From: Pseudovirgaria hyperparasitica
Lineage: Eukaryota
Assembly (NCBI GenBank): GCA_010093815.1
Contig: ML996576.1
Length of the DNA stretch: 64,000 nt
Direction: 5' to 3' (one strand)
How positions within the stretch are numbered: the stretch's first letter is position 1; each line of letters opens with the position of its first letter. A program made the position numbers and the translations under genes. The notes below the pieces were generated by a model. The model had not been told where the DNA came from and searched no databases. It saw nothing but the letters and a program-made list of their open reading frames with translations. Below, piece by piece: positions 48,119 through 61,121 of the stretch.

Positions 48119-49911
48119 AAGTGATAAGAGTGAGAGACAGAGAGAGCCCTTCGGGTTGCAAAAGAAAGGTCGTCAAACTGTAAAGAGCTCTCACTGCTCA
48201 ATATAACCAAGGCAGTGCGTTTGGTATAAGGACCAAGACCTGGTCTGTCCTAACAATATGAATACGTTAGGACAATCGCAAGCATCTAAGTGACCTTATA
48301 CAAATTCCCAGCCCATGTCCGGGCCGTAAAACTTATTGCCCGGATATATAAATAGTAAAATCTTCATGTTCTAGTATTCGCGCAATCAAAATCATTATTG
48401 TCCTTGATACACGCCTAGATGTGACTGTTGGAAAAGCGCTACGGCGATAAAATGTGCAAGGACCATTGGGCGGTCGCTTTGTGTCACTTATGCCAGGGTA
48501 TGTTCAATTAAGCCATAGCACGAAAGTCTTCATCCAGTACTGCCTAGCATCTTAAGCGGCTTAAGATTTTAGTTTTAGATTGGGATTAGAGCCAAGAAGA
48601 TTTAAATCCCTCAATACTCTGCGACATTTATTAGAAAAACCGCAAGTACAGGTCGTAAAGCCCCATCAGAATATGATTTTAAACACTCACTTGGCAGGTA
48701 TACCTATGCTTCTACACAACTTAGTTCTTTTAGACAGCGTGTTATAGTGTCCGAATATATCTTCAGGTCACTGACTAGTATTTAAAGATAGATAGGGCAC
48801 TCCATTAAGGCGCCAAGGCAGCACAAATCCTTAGGAACAAGACTTCACTTTCATTCTAAGATGCTTCAATAAACACGTTTCATAGCTGAACAGATACGCT
48901 CAATCGCTGAATCACTCTGTCTTCCACCCGATACAACACCATGTACATCAAATTTTCAATGACCTTGCATTAGCCCTGACATGTAGACTAGTGACCTTCA
49001 ATGGATATTCTTCAGCCCTGCGGCAATCCATCCCGAACATTCTGATCTTGGCATGACCACGTCGTGGAGGGTTACCAGCCAGGTTCCGATCAAAGCCTTT
49101 ACCCACACATGATTATATAGCTCAAGACGACCGAGCCTCTATGTTGCCAAGAATGTTTTCAACACTATTATTCTTTTACGCTCCGCATCAAGTCTCCCGG
49201 TATGACGTTCCTGATGTATCTACAGTTTACTTGGCATTAGAACCTTGTAATTTCAGTCCTTAATACACCCTTTAAGCCGTTTCACATTGGCCGAAATGAC
49301 CACAGCACAGTCATAATTTCTCTCTCACTCAGAGCACCACTTTTCTTTGTTCCCGCCGGCGCTTTTACCCGTTCCTCCAACCGCCGGAGCACTTGGATTT
49401 GCTACTCCGTGCCGACTCCAATGAGATTTATAACTGGGTTATCGACCTTGTTAGTTGATACAGGCAATCTACTTTATGGCTTAAGTTTGCATCTAGGAAT
49501 GTATCATTGCTCAGCGTTCAGACTTGTGTCTCAGGTACTCCCTACGAACTATCCACAGCACAAGCTCATCTTCATCACTGTCGAATTTCCAGCCTAGTCT
49601 GCCATACAGTGTATACAATGTAGAGTGAACCAAAGTCGCAATGGCTATACTACTAGCCTGCCAATCGCGGAGCGCTCTGAACGTCATCAAACGATGCAGA
49701 TGAGCAGCCATACAGCCCACTTCCGGTGTTACGCCAAACCAGATCTCTCATTAAAAGTACAAGTGGTCCCAAGTCCTCAAGCGAGGACTACCATCATATC
49801 GCGAGCTCAGCTCGTCAATCTTCATGCGCTCATGCAGTCATTGCCCCCAATCTGCTTTTAGTGGGTACGGTCTAAAGGATTGCAACGCATTATAAATGTC
49901 GTAGAGGGGGT

Positions 49912-51183
49912 TCAAGCTTTGTAGCTGTCGGTGGCGCTTCGACTGCTGGCGCTCATACGCGGGGCACTGACTGGCAGTACAGGCTTGGGCTTGTTGTTTT
50001 GCTGGAGCTTAGCGATGGCGTACACGATGCCACTGACGAAGCCGACAAAGATTGCAGATACAGAGCCGAGAGTAACGGGGGTGTCGAAGAATATGAGTCC
50101 GCTCAGAGCGATGGGCAGCTTGTTCAAAGCGCCCACCATGGAGTAGGTTGTAGAGGATGTAGTACGGACACACCAGGCGGATGTATAGGAGATGAAGACA
50201 GTCGAGAGACCGGAGAATATCCAGGATATGGCAAGCGTATGGCGCGACTCCACGGGGAAGTTCTTCTCGATGTTCGCGCTCGACCAGTCCTCCATGAAAA
50301 CGGAGGCGACAAGGAGGACTGGGATAGATAGGAGGTTATTGTAAAACATGGCTGGGAACGGTCAGTACTATCAAGCATCGGAGTCGGAGTGACGTATCAT
50401 ACTATCGAAGTCTTTGAAGTTGGTAAGCTTTATGCGCTTGCGCATTCCCAGCACATAGCTGGCACTGCAAAAGCAGTTTAACCCCATCCAGATGTAGCCA
50501 GCATTGAGATTGGAAACCTCAGTGCTGGCGTTGAGAGAGCTAGTTAGCGCGTGCTGAACATCCGCCCATGCAGCAATCACAGAACTGAGAACCATCAGGC
50601 CGAACGAGAAGAGGGCCATGCCGGTAACACTTCCACCGAACCACAGTACCTCGCCGTATGCAATCAAAATGATTGTCAGGTTCTTGAAGATCGTGTAAAC
50701 TGGGATGGACAGGTAGCGCATTGCTTTCATGCTGGTATAGATCATGCCGATGAGGAGAAGCGTGATGGGAAACCCTGGTGTACATTAGCTTTGTATCTCT
50801 TGAGAGCCGGTCTGAAGATTGGACAGGCGTACATCTCTTCGCCTCATCGGTCTTGAAGTCTCGGTATGTGATCAGTCCTCCAGTCTTGCAACTCTGTATC
50901 GCGACAACACACACAATCGACTATGAGGCGTCAGCATTCTCTTCAAGGCATTGAAGTGCAGGACCCGTCTTACTTGTACGGCGAGCAGGAAGAATGTCAA
51001 GTTGAACCCTGAGCCTGAGACTACGAATTTGTTCGTCGTGGTCATCAAGATTGAAGAACCACAGTAAGCCAGTACTGGTAAAATTGGGTTATGTGCAACA
51101 CTGCCTGCGACAGGCCGTGGAGATGCTGCGCGCGGAGCTGTTGCATTGGCCGGTAGGTCTCCCCGCTTCTTCTCGTCTGCCAT
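49912..51183 (-). CDS. VRG4: Golgi GDP-mannose transporter (4 exons)
   Basis: [41 protein letters not shown] (GALNK motif); GT-AG introns join three ORF fragments; start at MADEKK inferred. Confidence 0.93.
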
Positions 51184-51963
51184 TATATTTGGTCGGGATC
51201 TATCGTCGAAGTTGCTTCGTGGTGGAATAGAGGGTCTCGAGTCTGACAAGTGCTCGATCAGTCCAAGGTTAGGTGCGACGTCGTATGCTTGGCTGGAATG
51301 CCGGCGCGTTGCAGCGAATGGGGGAGGAACGAGCGGATTGGGACAGCTGAAGCCAGAGAGAGGCGAACGACGTGAAAGAATGAGAGGAAAACGTTGGACG
51401 CGAAATAAGAGAGACGTGGATATGGATAGATCGGAAACAGTACCGGCGTGGGATAGCCTGGCCTAGCCGGGTAAGTCCTGCGCGCTGCACTGATATGGCC
51501 GGGGATGGATGGATTCAACGTCAGCGTCCGGTAATCTGCCGGCCCCTTTTTCCTCTAATGATTTAATCCCCTTTGATGACCATACCAGGGGTGGATATTG
51601 TCCACAAACCGAGGTTGAGGCTGGAGATGTGTGGCGGTTCATCCACGGTACATGTGAAGGATGCAAATACTAACACCGGTACTGGCGCTGGTTGGTGTTT
51701 GGAGCGCTGTTGTTTGTGAATATACTTTCATTATCGATGTTTGTGAAGCTGATCGGGTTTTGGAGACGACGTGCTGGTGGTGAGGACACAGCACTGCTCA
51801 CTAGTGCGTGGAGGTGCTTAGAGTAGGTGTACGTACTTCCAATTGTCTCTACGTACAACACCCTGCACGTTCTTACGCAGCTGCTACGAATCTCCACTGC
51901 TTGATTGCGCGTCACCGTTGACAGACGGGCACAAGACGCTCAACACAGTTCATCTACGAAAGT

Positions 51964-52646
51964 ATGCCAGAGTTAGATGCCAAGGTCGCGTCAGTCTTGG
52001 ACCGCGCAGGCCCTGACTCGGATGACGAAGACGCTCTGATTGCCAGCCTTGAGAAAGATGAGGATGCGTCGCTCTCAGCGTTTCGCGAGCGGCGTCTGCA
52101 GCAACTCCATGAAGAGGTTAATCGAGCAAAAGCGTTGCGCAGTTCCGACCATGGCACGTTCCTCGAGGTGAAAGATGAAAAGTCTTTAATGGACATCACC
52201 ACTCAGACAAAGCTTTGCGTGGTGCATTTCTTCAAGCCAGACTTCAATAGGTGCGGAATAATGGACCGTCATCTCGAGGTAAACATGCATCATTTGCATT
52301 ATTGCACATTCGTTGATTTCGAGAGCAGACCCTTGCACCAAAACATTACGATACACGTTTCCTCAGAATCAATGTCGAGAACGCGCCGTTTCTAGTCACT
52401 AAGCTGAAGGTCCAGGTACTGCCCTGTGTGATCGCATTCATGGACGGCAAACAAGTCGACCGCATTATTGGTTTTGAAGGACTTGGGTACACGCAGGACT
52501 CTTTTACTACTAAAGATCTGGAGTCTCGTTTACTAGAAGCAAACGTACTCGTGCGATCCAAGCTTGGTGATGAGGAAGCAGCCAGGAGAGGCTTCCAGCC
52601 AAAAAAACAGGTCACTGAATACGAAGATGACGATGATTGGGATTGA
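51964..52646 (+). CDS. PLP1: Phosducin-like thioredoxin-domain protein (PhLP3/TXNDC9 type), 1 intron
   Basis: FRERRLQQL, CVVHFFKPDFNRCGIMDRHLE, intron 52279-52328, FLVTKLKVQVLPCV..DRIIGFEGLG, acidic end DDDWD. Confidence 0.85.
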
Positions 52647-53214
52647 GCTCTTGTACGCTGTGTCTCTGTACGGAGTGGGCGCTGGTGTATCGTCGCTTAG
52701 AACTAGGTGGCGCTGTGATCAGCTTGTTCGTTCATCATATATCCACACATGTTACACTGGCAGACTTCTGGCGCGATTCAACATACGGTCCCGAGACACT
52801 GGTCGGCGACTATGCTGCCACGTATAAGGCTGCAGCTATCCTCCGATTCGTACTATGTACCGACCAACAGACACTGTGGATCTACATGTAGAACGGAGCG
52901 TGTGAGACCCGATCAAGCAGCGCCCTGACCTCTGACACGAAACTACATCGAGGCACGATGGTCCAAATTCAGATTCTCATTTAGGTAGGCCCTGCTCCAA
53001 GGTCAATCATTACCTGTGCAAAATTGGCTTCATGATTGCTCCTGGTAGCGGACACTAAGGAAAGGAAACACAACTCGCAGACTTTGTCAAGATTGTCTGG
53101 TCGAAGCAGACTGTCGAATTCGATTCTATGTACTTGAAATTTCAATCTTCTCAAACCACGAACATACTCAAACCTTGTTCCAGCTGTCAAGTTGCTCGTC
53201 GTCATTCCCGGCGC

Positions 53215-53811
53215 TTAGGATTCCCGCGATGAGAGATACTGCTTACGAAAGCCATTCTCATCCGTCTCCTTGCCCCTATTCAACGGCGTCCACTTCGGCT
53301 CGTCCTGAAACAAGCGCATTGCCTTTGTATAATTCTGCTCATCCGTCGTGAATCGATGATATATGCCCGCCGGCATTATCATCAGGTCAAACTTCTCCAA
53401 CTTGATCCGCACCCAATCATCCTCTTTTCCCCGCACGTCAAAGTACCCTCCGCCATCCAAGATGTATCGGATCTCCTCATCCTCGTGCAAGTGCTCGTGG
53501 AAGAAGTTCTTAACCTTCTCCTCGTACGCATCGCCCATGGTCGTCGGCGAGATTGTGACTTCATCGCGATTCTTGTAATTGCGGCCGGCAGCGAGGGCGT
53601 TTACATCGTCGAGAGACGGGTAATTATAGTGCAGTATGCCCAACTTGGAGAGGTATTCGGAGGGGACCTCGCGACCGGAGTCGTGAGGGGCGCGTTGGTC
53701 GCCCTGCATGTTAATGTCAGCCATAATTTTTCTTCAACGAGTGCGCTTGCGATCGAGGAAAGAATGGTGGTGGCGACATACGGGCTCGTTATCATACCAG
53801 TATGCCTTCAT
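53215..53811 (-). CDS. ADI1: Acireductone dioxygenase (methionine salvage), 1 intron
   Basis: [10 protein letters not shown] + intron + GDQRAPH; cupin motifs [14 protein letters not shown] and PAGIYHRF. Confidence 0.95.
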
Positions 53812-55600
53812 CTTGAATATGCTGATGAGATGTCTTATTAGGATAGCATGAGCTTGTGAGGCTGTTTGGAAGATTTGGTCAGGGACCGATGATGCCATTG
53901 CCATACGCCCAATGGATAGCCTTGGATGCCTAATTCTGCTTAGGTCCGTGGTAACCCCGCATGGATCCGTGCGTTTCTTGCTCAAGAGTCAACACTCGTG
54001 TCGATTGATGACATTTCATTCGTCAAAAAAAGGTCGTTCAAAACAACAGACCTGACTGGCTGCTGATTGATATGCGTTTTTACTGCGGAGACATCACTCG
54101 GTCTTGACGATGCTGAAGCTGCAAAGAACGGCGGCGATGTTGGGAAGATCGTCCATATCACCCAACCTTCCTGGCGCGCTGTAAGTTTGCGGCACGGGAG
54201 GGAGATTGGAATAAAAGACAAGGTCTCGTGACGTCCTGCGCAAGGCTCGCGATTGAATGAGTCCGAACAACATGCCAGGCTTGCCAGTTGCATTTCTGCC
54301 GATCCTCTAGATCTTCAACTGACCAGTCACTTGTCAGGGATCTCGATACAGACGGGCATAGGAGTTTGAAGCCGAGATCCTACGGCTTAGGCATGAGAAT
54401 CTATTTGTGGCCCCCCTGCATTTAAGGCCAAAGGTTGATTCATCACCAACACAGCCGACTGCAGCCATCCATTCAACCAGCACTGAGAAGAAGAAGAGGC
54501 AGATGCACACGCAATACTGAGTCCACGGCGCACAATAGCAAATATGGGATTGTCACCTCAAAACGTGGACAGCAAATTCGCCTATTCCTTCTGTGCACCC
54601 TTTCATCTCTCCTTCCTCGCTCTCATCATCACCAGTAACAGACAAGTCAGACAAACATCTACATGCCAGCCTTATCGAGCACCAGGCCTAGGCCCAAGTC
54701 CCCAATGCCTGGTTTCACCTTCAGTGCTGGGCCACTCGGAAGCTCCGCTCCACCCTAATGCGTAGCGGGCCTCTTCTTCCCCTTCCGGCCGCCGTGACAC
54801 TTTTCCCCCCACACACAATTCTCCACCCCTAAGGCAGCCAGTCCATCCAAATTTCGCATAAGCATATAAGAATTGCTTTGCTTGCTCGCACACCAGCCAA
54901 AGAAGAACACGACGTCGCACACTCACATTGCCGTACCGGCCAAACATAGCACGCCATGCAGCTCGCCAGCTGGTCTTATGGAAGCGCCCCAGATACACCG
55001 TCAGCAGCACATCGGATCGGCAGGCTGCACACAAGTAAAGTCTGCGATCGATTGGCACGTTTTGACTGTGCCCGGAAAGGCTCGTCACTGGCTTTCGCTG
55101 ACGACCCTTGGGGCGGCGCGGGCGGATTGTTGTTTCGGTCTGCGCGCTGCAGGTAACCAGGAAGCTGCAGTAGTGGTGATGTAACGTAAACGTGCATGCG
55201 TGGTGGCTTGATACTGATGCTCCTTATGGTCCATCCCGTTTGGACTGCGCCGCATATCAGAAGACTCCCCAAGAGGAAGAGATATGTGCGTGTGTACTGG
55301 TGCGCACGCAAGGGCTGTACAGTATGGATGCAGATCGTGGCGCTTGTGCACTGTGCTTCGTTGTGTGATTCATTTTTCTTTGGGAGGGGAGAGTCATATG
55401 TACCCTTGTTTGGTGTATTTGTTTGTGGGTGCTGTGCTTGATGTCTCTCTGCTTTAAGTACGAACGAGATTCTCTCTGTGGCAGTCTGGTCCAACGTCAT
55501 TTATCGCTATATCTTGTTGAAACAACACTATCCCTCGTGGATCTCCTTTTCTGCTGAACTTGCAGTGAACATATATCCTCTCCCTGCTACCACCAAGCTC

Positions 55601-56149
55601 ATGCCCTCCGGAGTCTCCAAGTCTCCATACAAGAGTCCAAATACATCCTCATCATCCAGCATGTCGGACCTCCTCTCCCCATCCACGTCCAGCAGCGGCT
55701 CAACAAGATCCACAAGCAGCACAAAGGTCGTATGCCGTTCTGGGATCGGCGGCAGAGGCAACTACCGCAAAGTCTGTGCCTCTGAAGTCCCACCCATGCC
55801 AGCCTCATTCACATTACCGCCTCGACCACAGCGCAACTACTCGTCGGGCATTGGCGGAGCTGGAAACCACCATTCATCAAACAACCGGTCTCTGCTCGAC
55901 ATGGAGGACCAGATCGAGCGCGACCGCGTTTTCAAGGGGCGTCCGAAGAATCGACACTATGGCATCGGTGGATTTGGCAACTTCGTCGATAGCAGCCATA
56001 GCGGATCCGGCACTCGGACGCGGACGCCTTCATCCTCGGCCTTCAGCAGCGAGCCTCTGCCATATGGAGCACTCGATTCACTGAGTCGAAAGTTATCGAG
56101 TACATTTTTGAGACGCAAAGGATCGACAACGTTTTCGAGCACCTCCTAG
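55601..56149 (+). CDS. Ser-rich protein with three GIGGxGN repeats (DUF3602/Par32-like)
   Basis: SGIGGRGNY, SGIGGAGNH, YGIGGFGNF; ATG at 55601. Confidence 0.75.
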   Translation: MPSGVSKSPYKSPNTSSSSSMSDLLSPSTSSSGSTRSTSSTKVVCRSGIGGRGNYRKVCASEVPPMPASFTLPPRPQRNYSSGIGGAGNHHSSNNRSLLDMEDQIERDRVFKGRPKNRHYGIGGFGNFVDSSHSGSGTRTRTPSSSAFSSEPLPYGALDSLSRKLSSTFLRRKGSTTFSSTS

Positions 56150-56520
56150 GGAATTATATTCAGCTGTCTGCTACATGTACATTCTTTTCACTCGCAATAA
56201 GTCTATTTTATGACGAGACATTGGAGTGACCTTTCGTATGATCGGTTTTTACTTACTCGCCAAATACTTTCCTCGTAATATGTGTTCGTGGGCATCATGC
56301 TGGCATTTTGTTTTAATACACAGTCTCTACAAACACCATCATGAGGAAATTCCATGGTATAGCTACTAGGCCGTCTAGTGCCATCAGATTGCAAGTCCAA
56401 ACTGAACCCTGAATCTGCGACGACCCAATTTTCGTGTCACCTTGTGTCATTGAACGTGCTCATTTCTTGATGACAAGGTGGCATGCATTCAGGATTCGAT
56501 GACGAATGCTTATGACATGA

Positions 56521-57687
56521 TTAGTCCTTCGTCTCGATCCCAAACTCCTCTTGCACTTCCTTGATTCGTACACCACGTGAATCAGCAATCAGTCCCATGA
56601 GTCCCATGCCAATGTCGCGCATTTCGTTGTACTCGTGTAGTAATTTGATGTGCCGCTTAGTCACAGATGTTGCCGCAGCCATAGCAGTAGCTTTATCCAT
56701 GTCCTTAGGGTCGATTCCAGGCTTTAGGTGATCCTTGACGCCAGGCAATGACGCAAGAGCCCGCAGGAGTTTGTCACGCTCGGCCTCAAGGGTATCGATG
56801 GTAGCTTGCTGAGCTGCAAAGCGAGACTGAACTGCAGTAGGTTTTGTTGGTGATGGGTACTGCTGCGTTGATGCTGAGGTAGTGAAAGAATCCGTAACCT
56901 GTGTTTCTTGGGTGCCTGGTGTCGCTGTCGGTCGTACATTGGAGCTAGCTGAGAATCTCTTTCTGGTGTCAGTCTCGTTCCGCTCTGTTGTTGCTTTAGT
57001 GTTATCTGCAGTATTGCCAATCCCCAGCCCACCTGCGTGATATGCAGCATCACTGGCGGACCCAACTTGCGTTATTTCAACTGCAGTCAAAGTTGAGTCG
57101 GCAAGCTTTTGCTCATCAGCTAGACGATGCTCTGAGGATGCAACATCATGTTGGTGAGTTATCTCCCGCTGAAGATTACCAAGATTTTCTTCTGAAGCCT
57201 TCGTTCGCACAGTAGAACTATCATGCGGAGTCGTGGTCCTGTTAGGGATTGACTGACATGAGCTTGATGAGAATATGACAGTGTCATCAGCAACCGCGTC
57301 GCGGTCGAATGATTGGCAATTGGTGGCTATCCCGCGTTCTGGTGCGAACAACAGTTCATCATCGTCCGTATCTTCGTCGTTACGAACAATACACGAAGAT
57401 ATACCCGCTGTTGGGCCTTCATTCTGATCGCTCTCAGCTGTAAGATGATCTTGTCGGTCCATCGTATGCTGAATATGTCCGTTAGTCTCTACCAGTTCTC
57501 CAGGGCTTTCTGACACATTGCCAATCTTCACAGGAGAGGTGTCATGGTCGGAGATGTCTTGTGTTCCGGCTGGTGTCTCAGGAATCTCGCGCACATTCAC
57601 TGAACGTAGAATACCATAATCCTGAAGCAATTGATCCTCTTCGGCACCTGTGTTCATCGTGGGTTCATGCGTGCTGAAGATCGTCAT
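56521..57687 (-). CDS. swi5: Swi5/Sae3 recombination-mediator domain protein with long low-complexity N-terminus
   Basis: C-terminal HIKLLHEYNEMRDIGMGLMGLIADSRGVRIKEVQEEFG preceded by a coiled coil. Confidence 0.85.
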   Translation of the reverse strand: MTIFSTHEPTMNTGAEEDQLLQDYGILRSVNVREIPETPAGTQDISDHDTSPVKIGNVSESPGELVETNGHIQHTMDRQDHLTAESDQNEGPTAGISSCIVRNDEDTDDDELLFAPERGIATNCQSFDRDAVADDTVIFSSSSCQSIPNRTTTPHDSSTVRTKASEENLGNLQREITHQHDVASSEHRLADEQKLADSTLTAVEITQVGSASDAAYHAGGLGIGNTADNTKATTERNETDTRKRFSASSNVRPTATPGTQETQVTDSFTTSASTQQYPSPTKPTAVQSRFAAQQATIDTLEAERDKLLRALASLPGVKDHLKPGIDPKDMDKATAMAAATSVTKRHIKLLHEYNEMRDIGMGLMGLIADSRGVRIKEVQEEFGIETKD

Positions 57688-58737
57688 TCGTTAGGGTACT
57701 ATTCTTGGTCATAATGCCAAGACGCTAATCAGCCAGTTTTTCAGCAGTCGCCCAACTAAAAGGTTAAGTTATCCTGGCGTGAATTCGTGGTAATTAGTCA
57801 AGATACCGCGGATTCTATCAAAAGGAATAGGATATTTTTTCACATATAAGAGTGCGGAAAAGCCTGAGATGGGAAACTTAACTTATATTCAAAGTCCGAA
57901 CCGAACTCTGCACTGTACTTTTCGCTGTTTACGAACGTGCGTATTTCATAAAAATGTAATTACATAGCCATATATATGTTGGTCTACAAAAGGCAGGTGT
58001 TGAGTACCTCTTTACGGATAGAAATACTGCGAGTAGCCTTGCCTTTAGACATTACATCAGCCCGCGTCAGGGAGAGATTTTTACACGTTCGTTCATCCTT
58101 GGAGGCCTTTGCTAGCGCCTGTTGTTGCAATCTTCATTACTAAGAGCTTCTACAGATCCAAATATATAGAGCAGCACCAGACGAATTGCTTCTCTTAGAA
58201 GCGCATGTGAGTAAAAATCATGGCCTTGATGCAGTTCATGCACTGTCCTACATATATACGACAATATGATCCAAGGTCAGGCTGCGTTCGATTGGCATGA
58301 CTTTGTTTATATATAGGCAGCCACGCATCACACAGGCATTTCGACGGAGGAAACAGGCATGTCCGAGAGGTAAAGGGTGACGGACGGGAGCAGACCTAGA
58401 ACGCGAATTAATTGCCAGAGCAACAATGCAGAATAATTATCCATAACAGTTGTCGGGCAGGACTCTGTAGAGTGACAAGTGAGAGGCGCGTGTACGTCTC
58501 GTAAGGCTGTAAAGTAACTAGGGAGGCTTGGCTGACCTTACCGGAAAGCGGCGGCGACATCTTACGCCTTTCCACTCCCTACGCTACGACCTCCTCTTTA
58601 ACGTCTCTCTATCAAGTCGAAGGAGATCTACCAAGGGCAGCGCCTTACACGCCACTGGATTCGTCCCTTCGAGTTTCAAGAACCTTTGCCGGAGGTTTGG
58701 TGTTACTAATTAGGCTCCATACACCTCCGCATCTGCC

Positions 58738-60369
58738 ATGTTGCGCAACCAATATGGCAGGCTGTCACAAGGCCTGGCCGTGATCCTCCTCACAGGCCCG
58801 GTGACAGCACACGAACACCATATGGACAAGATTCCGGAAGGCTCAGCGATATCCGTGGACCCTATCGTATGTTGCTGGACGCGTGTGGTATATGCATAGG
58901 CGAATTACTGACCAAGATACAGGACTCCATACTATGGATGCACATCATCTTACAGACATTTGCTTGGGGTGTCTTGTTCCCAACAGGAATGGTTCTCGGG
59001 GTATGCCAATCTGAACGAAGCGTACCGAACGAGTTACTAAATCTGCATAGATGATCAAATCACGATGGCACGTCCCCCTCCAAGTGATCGCGTCCGGCAT
59101 GGCAGTAGTTGGATGGTTCCTCGGCCACAAACACAAAGGCCGACAGTTCTCAGCGAACGTACATCAGGCTTACGCTCCGAGTTTAATGATGATGCTCATT
59201 GCGCAAGCCGCCATGGGCATATACCTAAAGCTCCACCTAGAGAGGGGCATTCACGGCAAGATCAGGAGATATTTCGTGAGTTTGCATGGGATTCTGGGCA
59301 AAATGATGCCACTCGCTGCCTGGGTACAAATGCTGTTCGGCGGCATCACTGCGCTTGGGTTTTGCAGGGCTGAGGGCGATCACACTGGTCAATGCTTGGC
59401 ACATTTCATCATGGGCAGTGCCTTCATCGCATACGGAATTGTCCTGACCATCCTGTTACTTGTTGGACAATTCTGGCTACGCCGCACAGGAAGGAGCCAG
59501 GAGTTCTTCGACTCGCTAATCATCGCCGCTTGGGGTTGCGTCAACACGTTCACCGAGCATCGATGGGGACACCCGTGGGGTCACAATGATCTGCAGCACA
59601 CCTCAATGGGCATTGTCTGGTGGTGCGCAGGTCTCGTGGGTATCTGGCTCAGCAGAACCAGATCTGGACGTCCAAAGAGGAATCTTCTACCTGGCATAGT
59701 GCTCATTCTGACCGGATATGCCATGTCTGCTCATCCTCAACACCTACCGCTCTCTACAATGATTCACACGATATTTGGTTACACCTTGATGGGTGCAGGT
59801 GTCACCCGTATTATCGAAATTTCCTTTGTTGTCAAGGATCGACAGACATTTTCTGATGACGACTGGCATGAGCCAAACAGCTTCCAATACATTCCGTGCT
59901 TTGTAAGTGGTCCTATGTCGATTCTATGGCTACATAAAATAATACTGATAATACACAGCTCCTGTTTGCGTCCGGCTTTCTCTTCATGGGCGCAACAGAA
60001 GAGCAAATGCAACTCCTGTCCGATGCCGGGGTCACGCATGTCTCTTACATCCTAATACTGTACAGCTTTGCGTTCCTCATGTTCCTCTGTATGTACCATC
60101 AGCCACGCTTATCTTCTTGCAAACGCTGACTTTTCGCAGTTGTCAACATGCTTCTGACCCTATATGCCTCCCATGCTTTCCCAGAGAAGAAGAAACCCGA
60201 CACAGAGAACCAGGTACCACGTATGAATGGCGCGGCCAATGGGCATATTCGCGCCAACGATCGGAGAGTACAGGATGCTGAGGAGTTTGAGCTTCACGGA
60301 CTCATGTCCGATGATGAGCCAGATAGTCCGACTCTCGCAGAGACCAAGGAGGGACGACACGCTGACTGA
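58738..60369 (+). CDS. YTP1: Ytp1-like integral membrane protein (5 exons)
   Basis: Signal peptide + HEHH; LWMHI..WGVLFPTGMVLG; GQCLAHFIMGSAFIAYG, NTFTEHRWG, DLQHTSMG; GT-AG introns at ~58867, 59001, 59903, 60089. Confidence 0.88.
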
Positions 60370-60496
60370 GCCTGGACATCTCCTTTCCCAGCTTACTTTC
60401 AGTCGCGGCAAAGGCGTTCTTGTGTCTATACCTCTTGCATAGCTCTTCTCCACTGTAGCTTCTTTGAACAGCCACATAAATGGCTTGCTCTTTCTC

Positions 60497-61069
60497 TCAT
60501 ACACCAGCCTCAATCTTCTCCAACAACCCAGCAACTCTTCCTCCAGTGCCCCTAATTATATCCTGATCTCGCGCTCTCATCCGTCCCAGCACATACTTCG
60601 AGACATCCTCACTCGTCCGGCTCTCCGGCCTCCCAATCCCCACCCCAATCCTCACAAACTCTTTCCCATGCGTCGCCAATATACTCTTAAGCCCGTTATG
60701 CCCTTTATGACTGCCCTCCTTGCGCATCTTCAACTGACCCACACCCAACTCCAACTCATCATGCAACACAACCAACACCCCATCCTGCCGCCCATTCTTC
60801 CACTTGCGGAACGCCTTTGCAATACTCGGCCCAGACGTGTTCATATAGCTCGGACATTTGAACAACGTCCAGTCGCGCGAGGAGCTACCACCACCGCCCG
60901 GGTATGTGCATGCTCCGTCGGCACTGGACCCGCTGAATGATACTCCGCTGCTCGCGTGCAGTGTCTCGAGCAACATGTGGCCCGCGGAGTGGTATGTGTG
61001 TGCGAAGGCCGCGCCGGGGTTGCCGAGCGAGGCGATGAATAGTGGGCGCAGCTGTGCTGGGGTGGGCAT
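60497..61069 (-). CDS. PTH1: Peptidyl-tRNA hydrolase (Pth1 family)
   Basis: LGNPG, TYHSAG, YMNTSG, VLHDELE, GHNGLKSI, RIGVGIGRP; start at MPTPAQ inferred. Confidence 0.88.
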   Translation of the reverse strand: MPTPAQLRPLFIASLGNPGAAFAHTYHSAGHMLLETLHASSGVSFSGSSADGACTYPGGGGSSSRDWTLFKCPSYMNTSGPSIAKAFRKWKNGRQDGVLVVLHDELELGVGQLKMRKEGSHKGHNGLKSILATHGKEFVRIGVGIGRPESRTSEDVSKYVLGRMRARDQDIIRGTGGRVAGLLEKIEAGV

Positions 61070-61098
61070 TTTGGGGGGTCGTAGGATTTGAGTAGGGA

Positions 61099-61121
61099 GA
61101 GCGTGAGCGTGAGCGTGAGCG
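61099..61121 (+). repeat. (GAGCGT)4 microsatellite
   Basis: gagcgtgagcgtgagcgtgagcgt upstream of PTH1. Confidence 0.8.

Noticed and set aside
48246..48274. Inverted repeat tgtcctaac..gttaggaca upstream of the secreted-protein gene, and ctagcataatgctag at 39272-39286
   Set aside because: Single short occurrences compatible with chance and unrelated to the TE palindrome.
53982..55500. ORFs in the ADI1 to GxGGxGN-protein interval
   Set aside because: No domain, consistent splice model or coding-like composition; treated as intergenic/regulatory.
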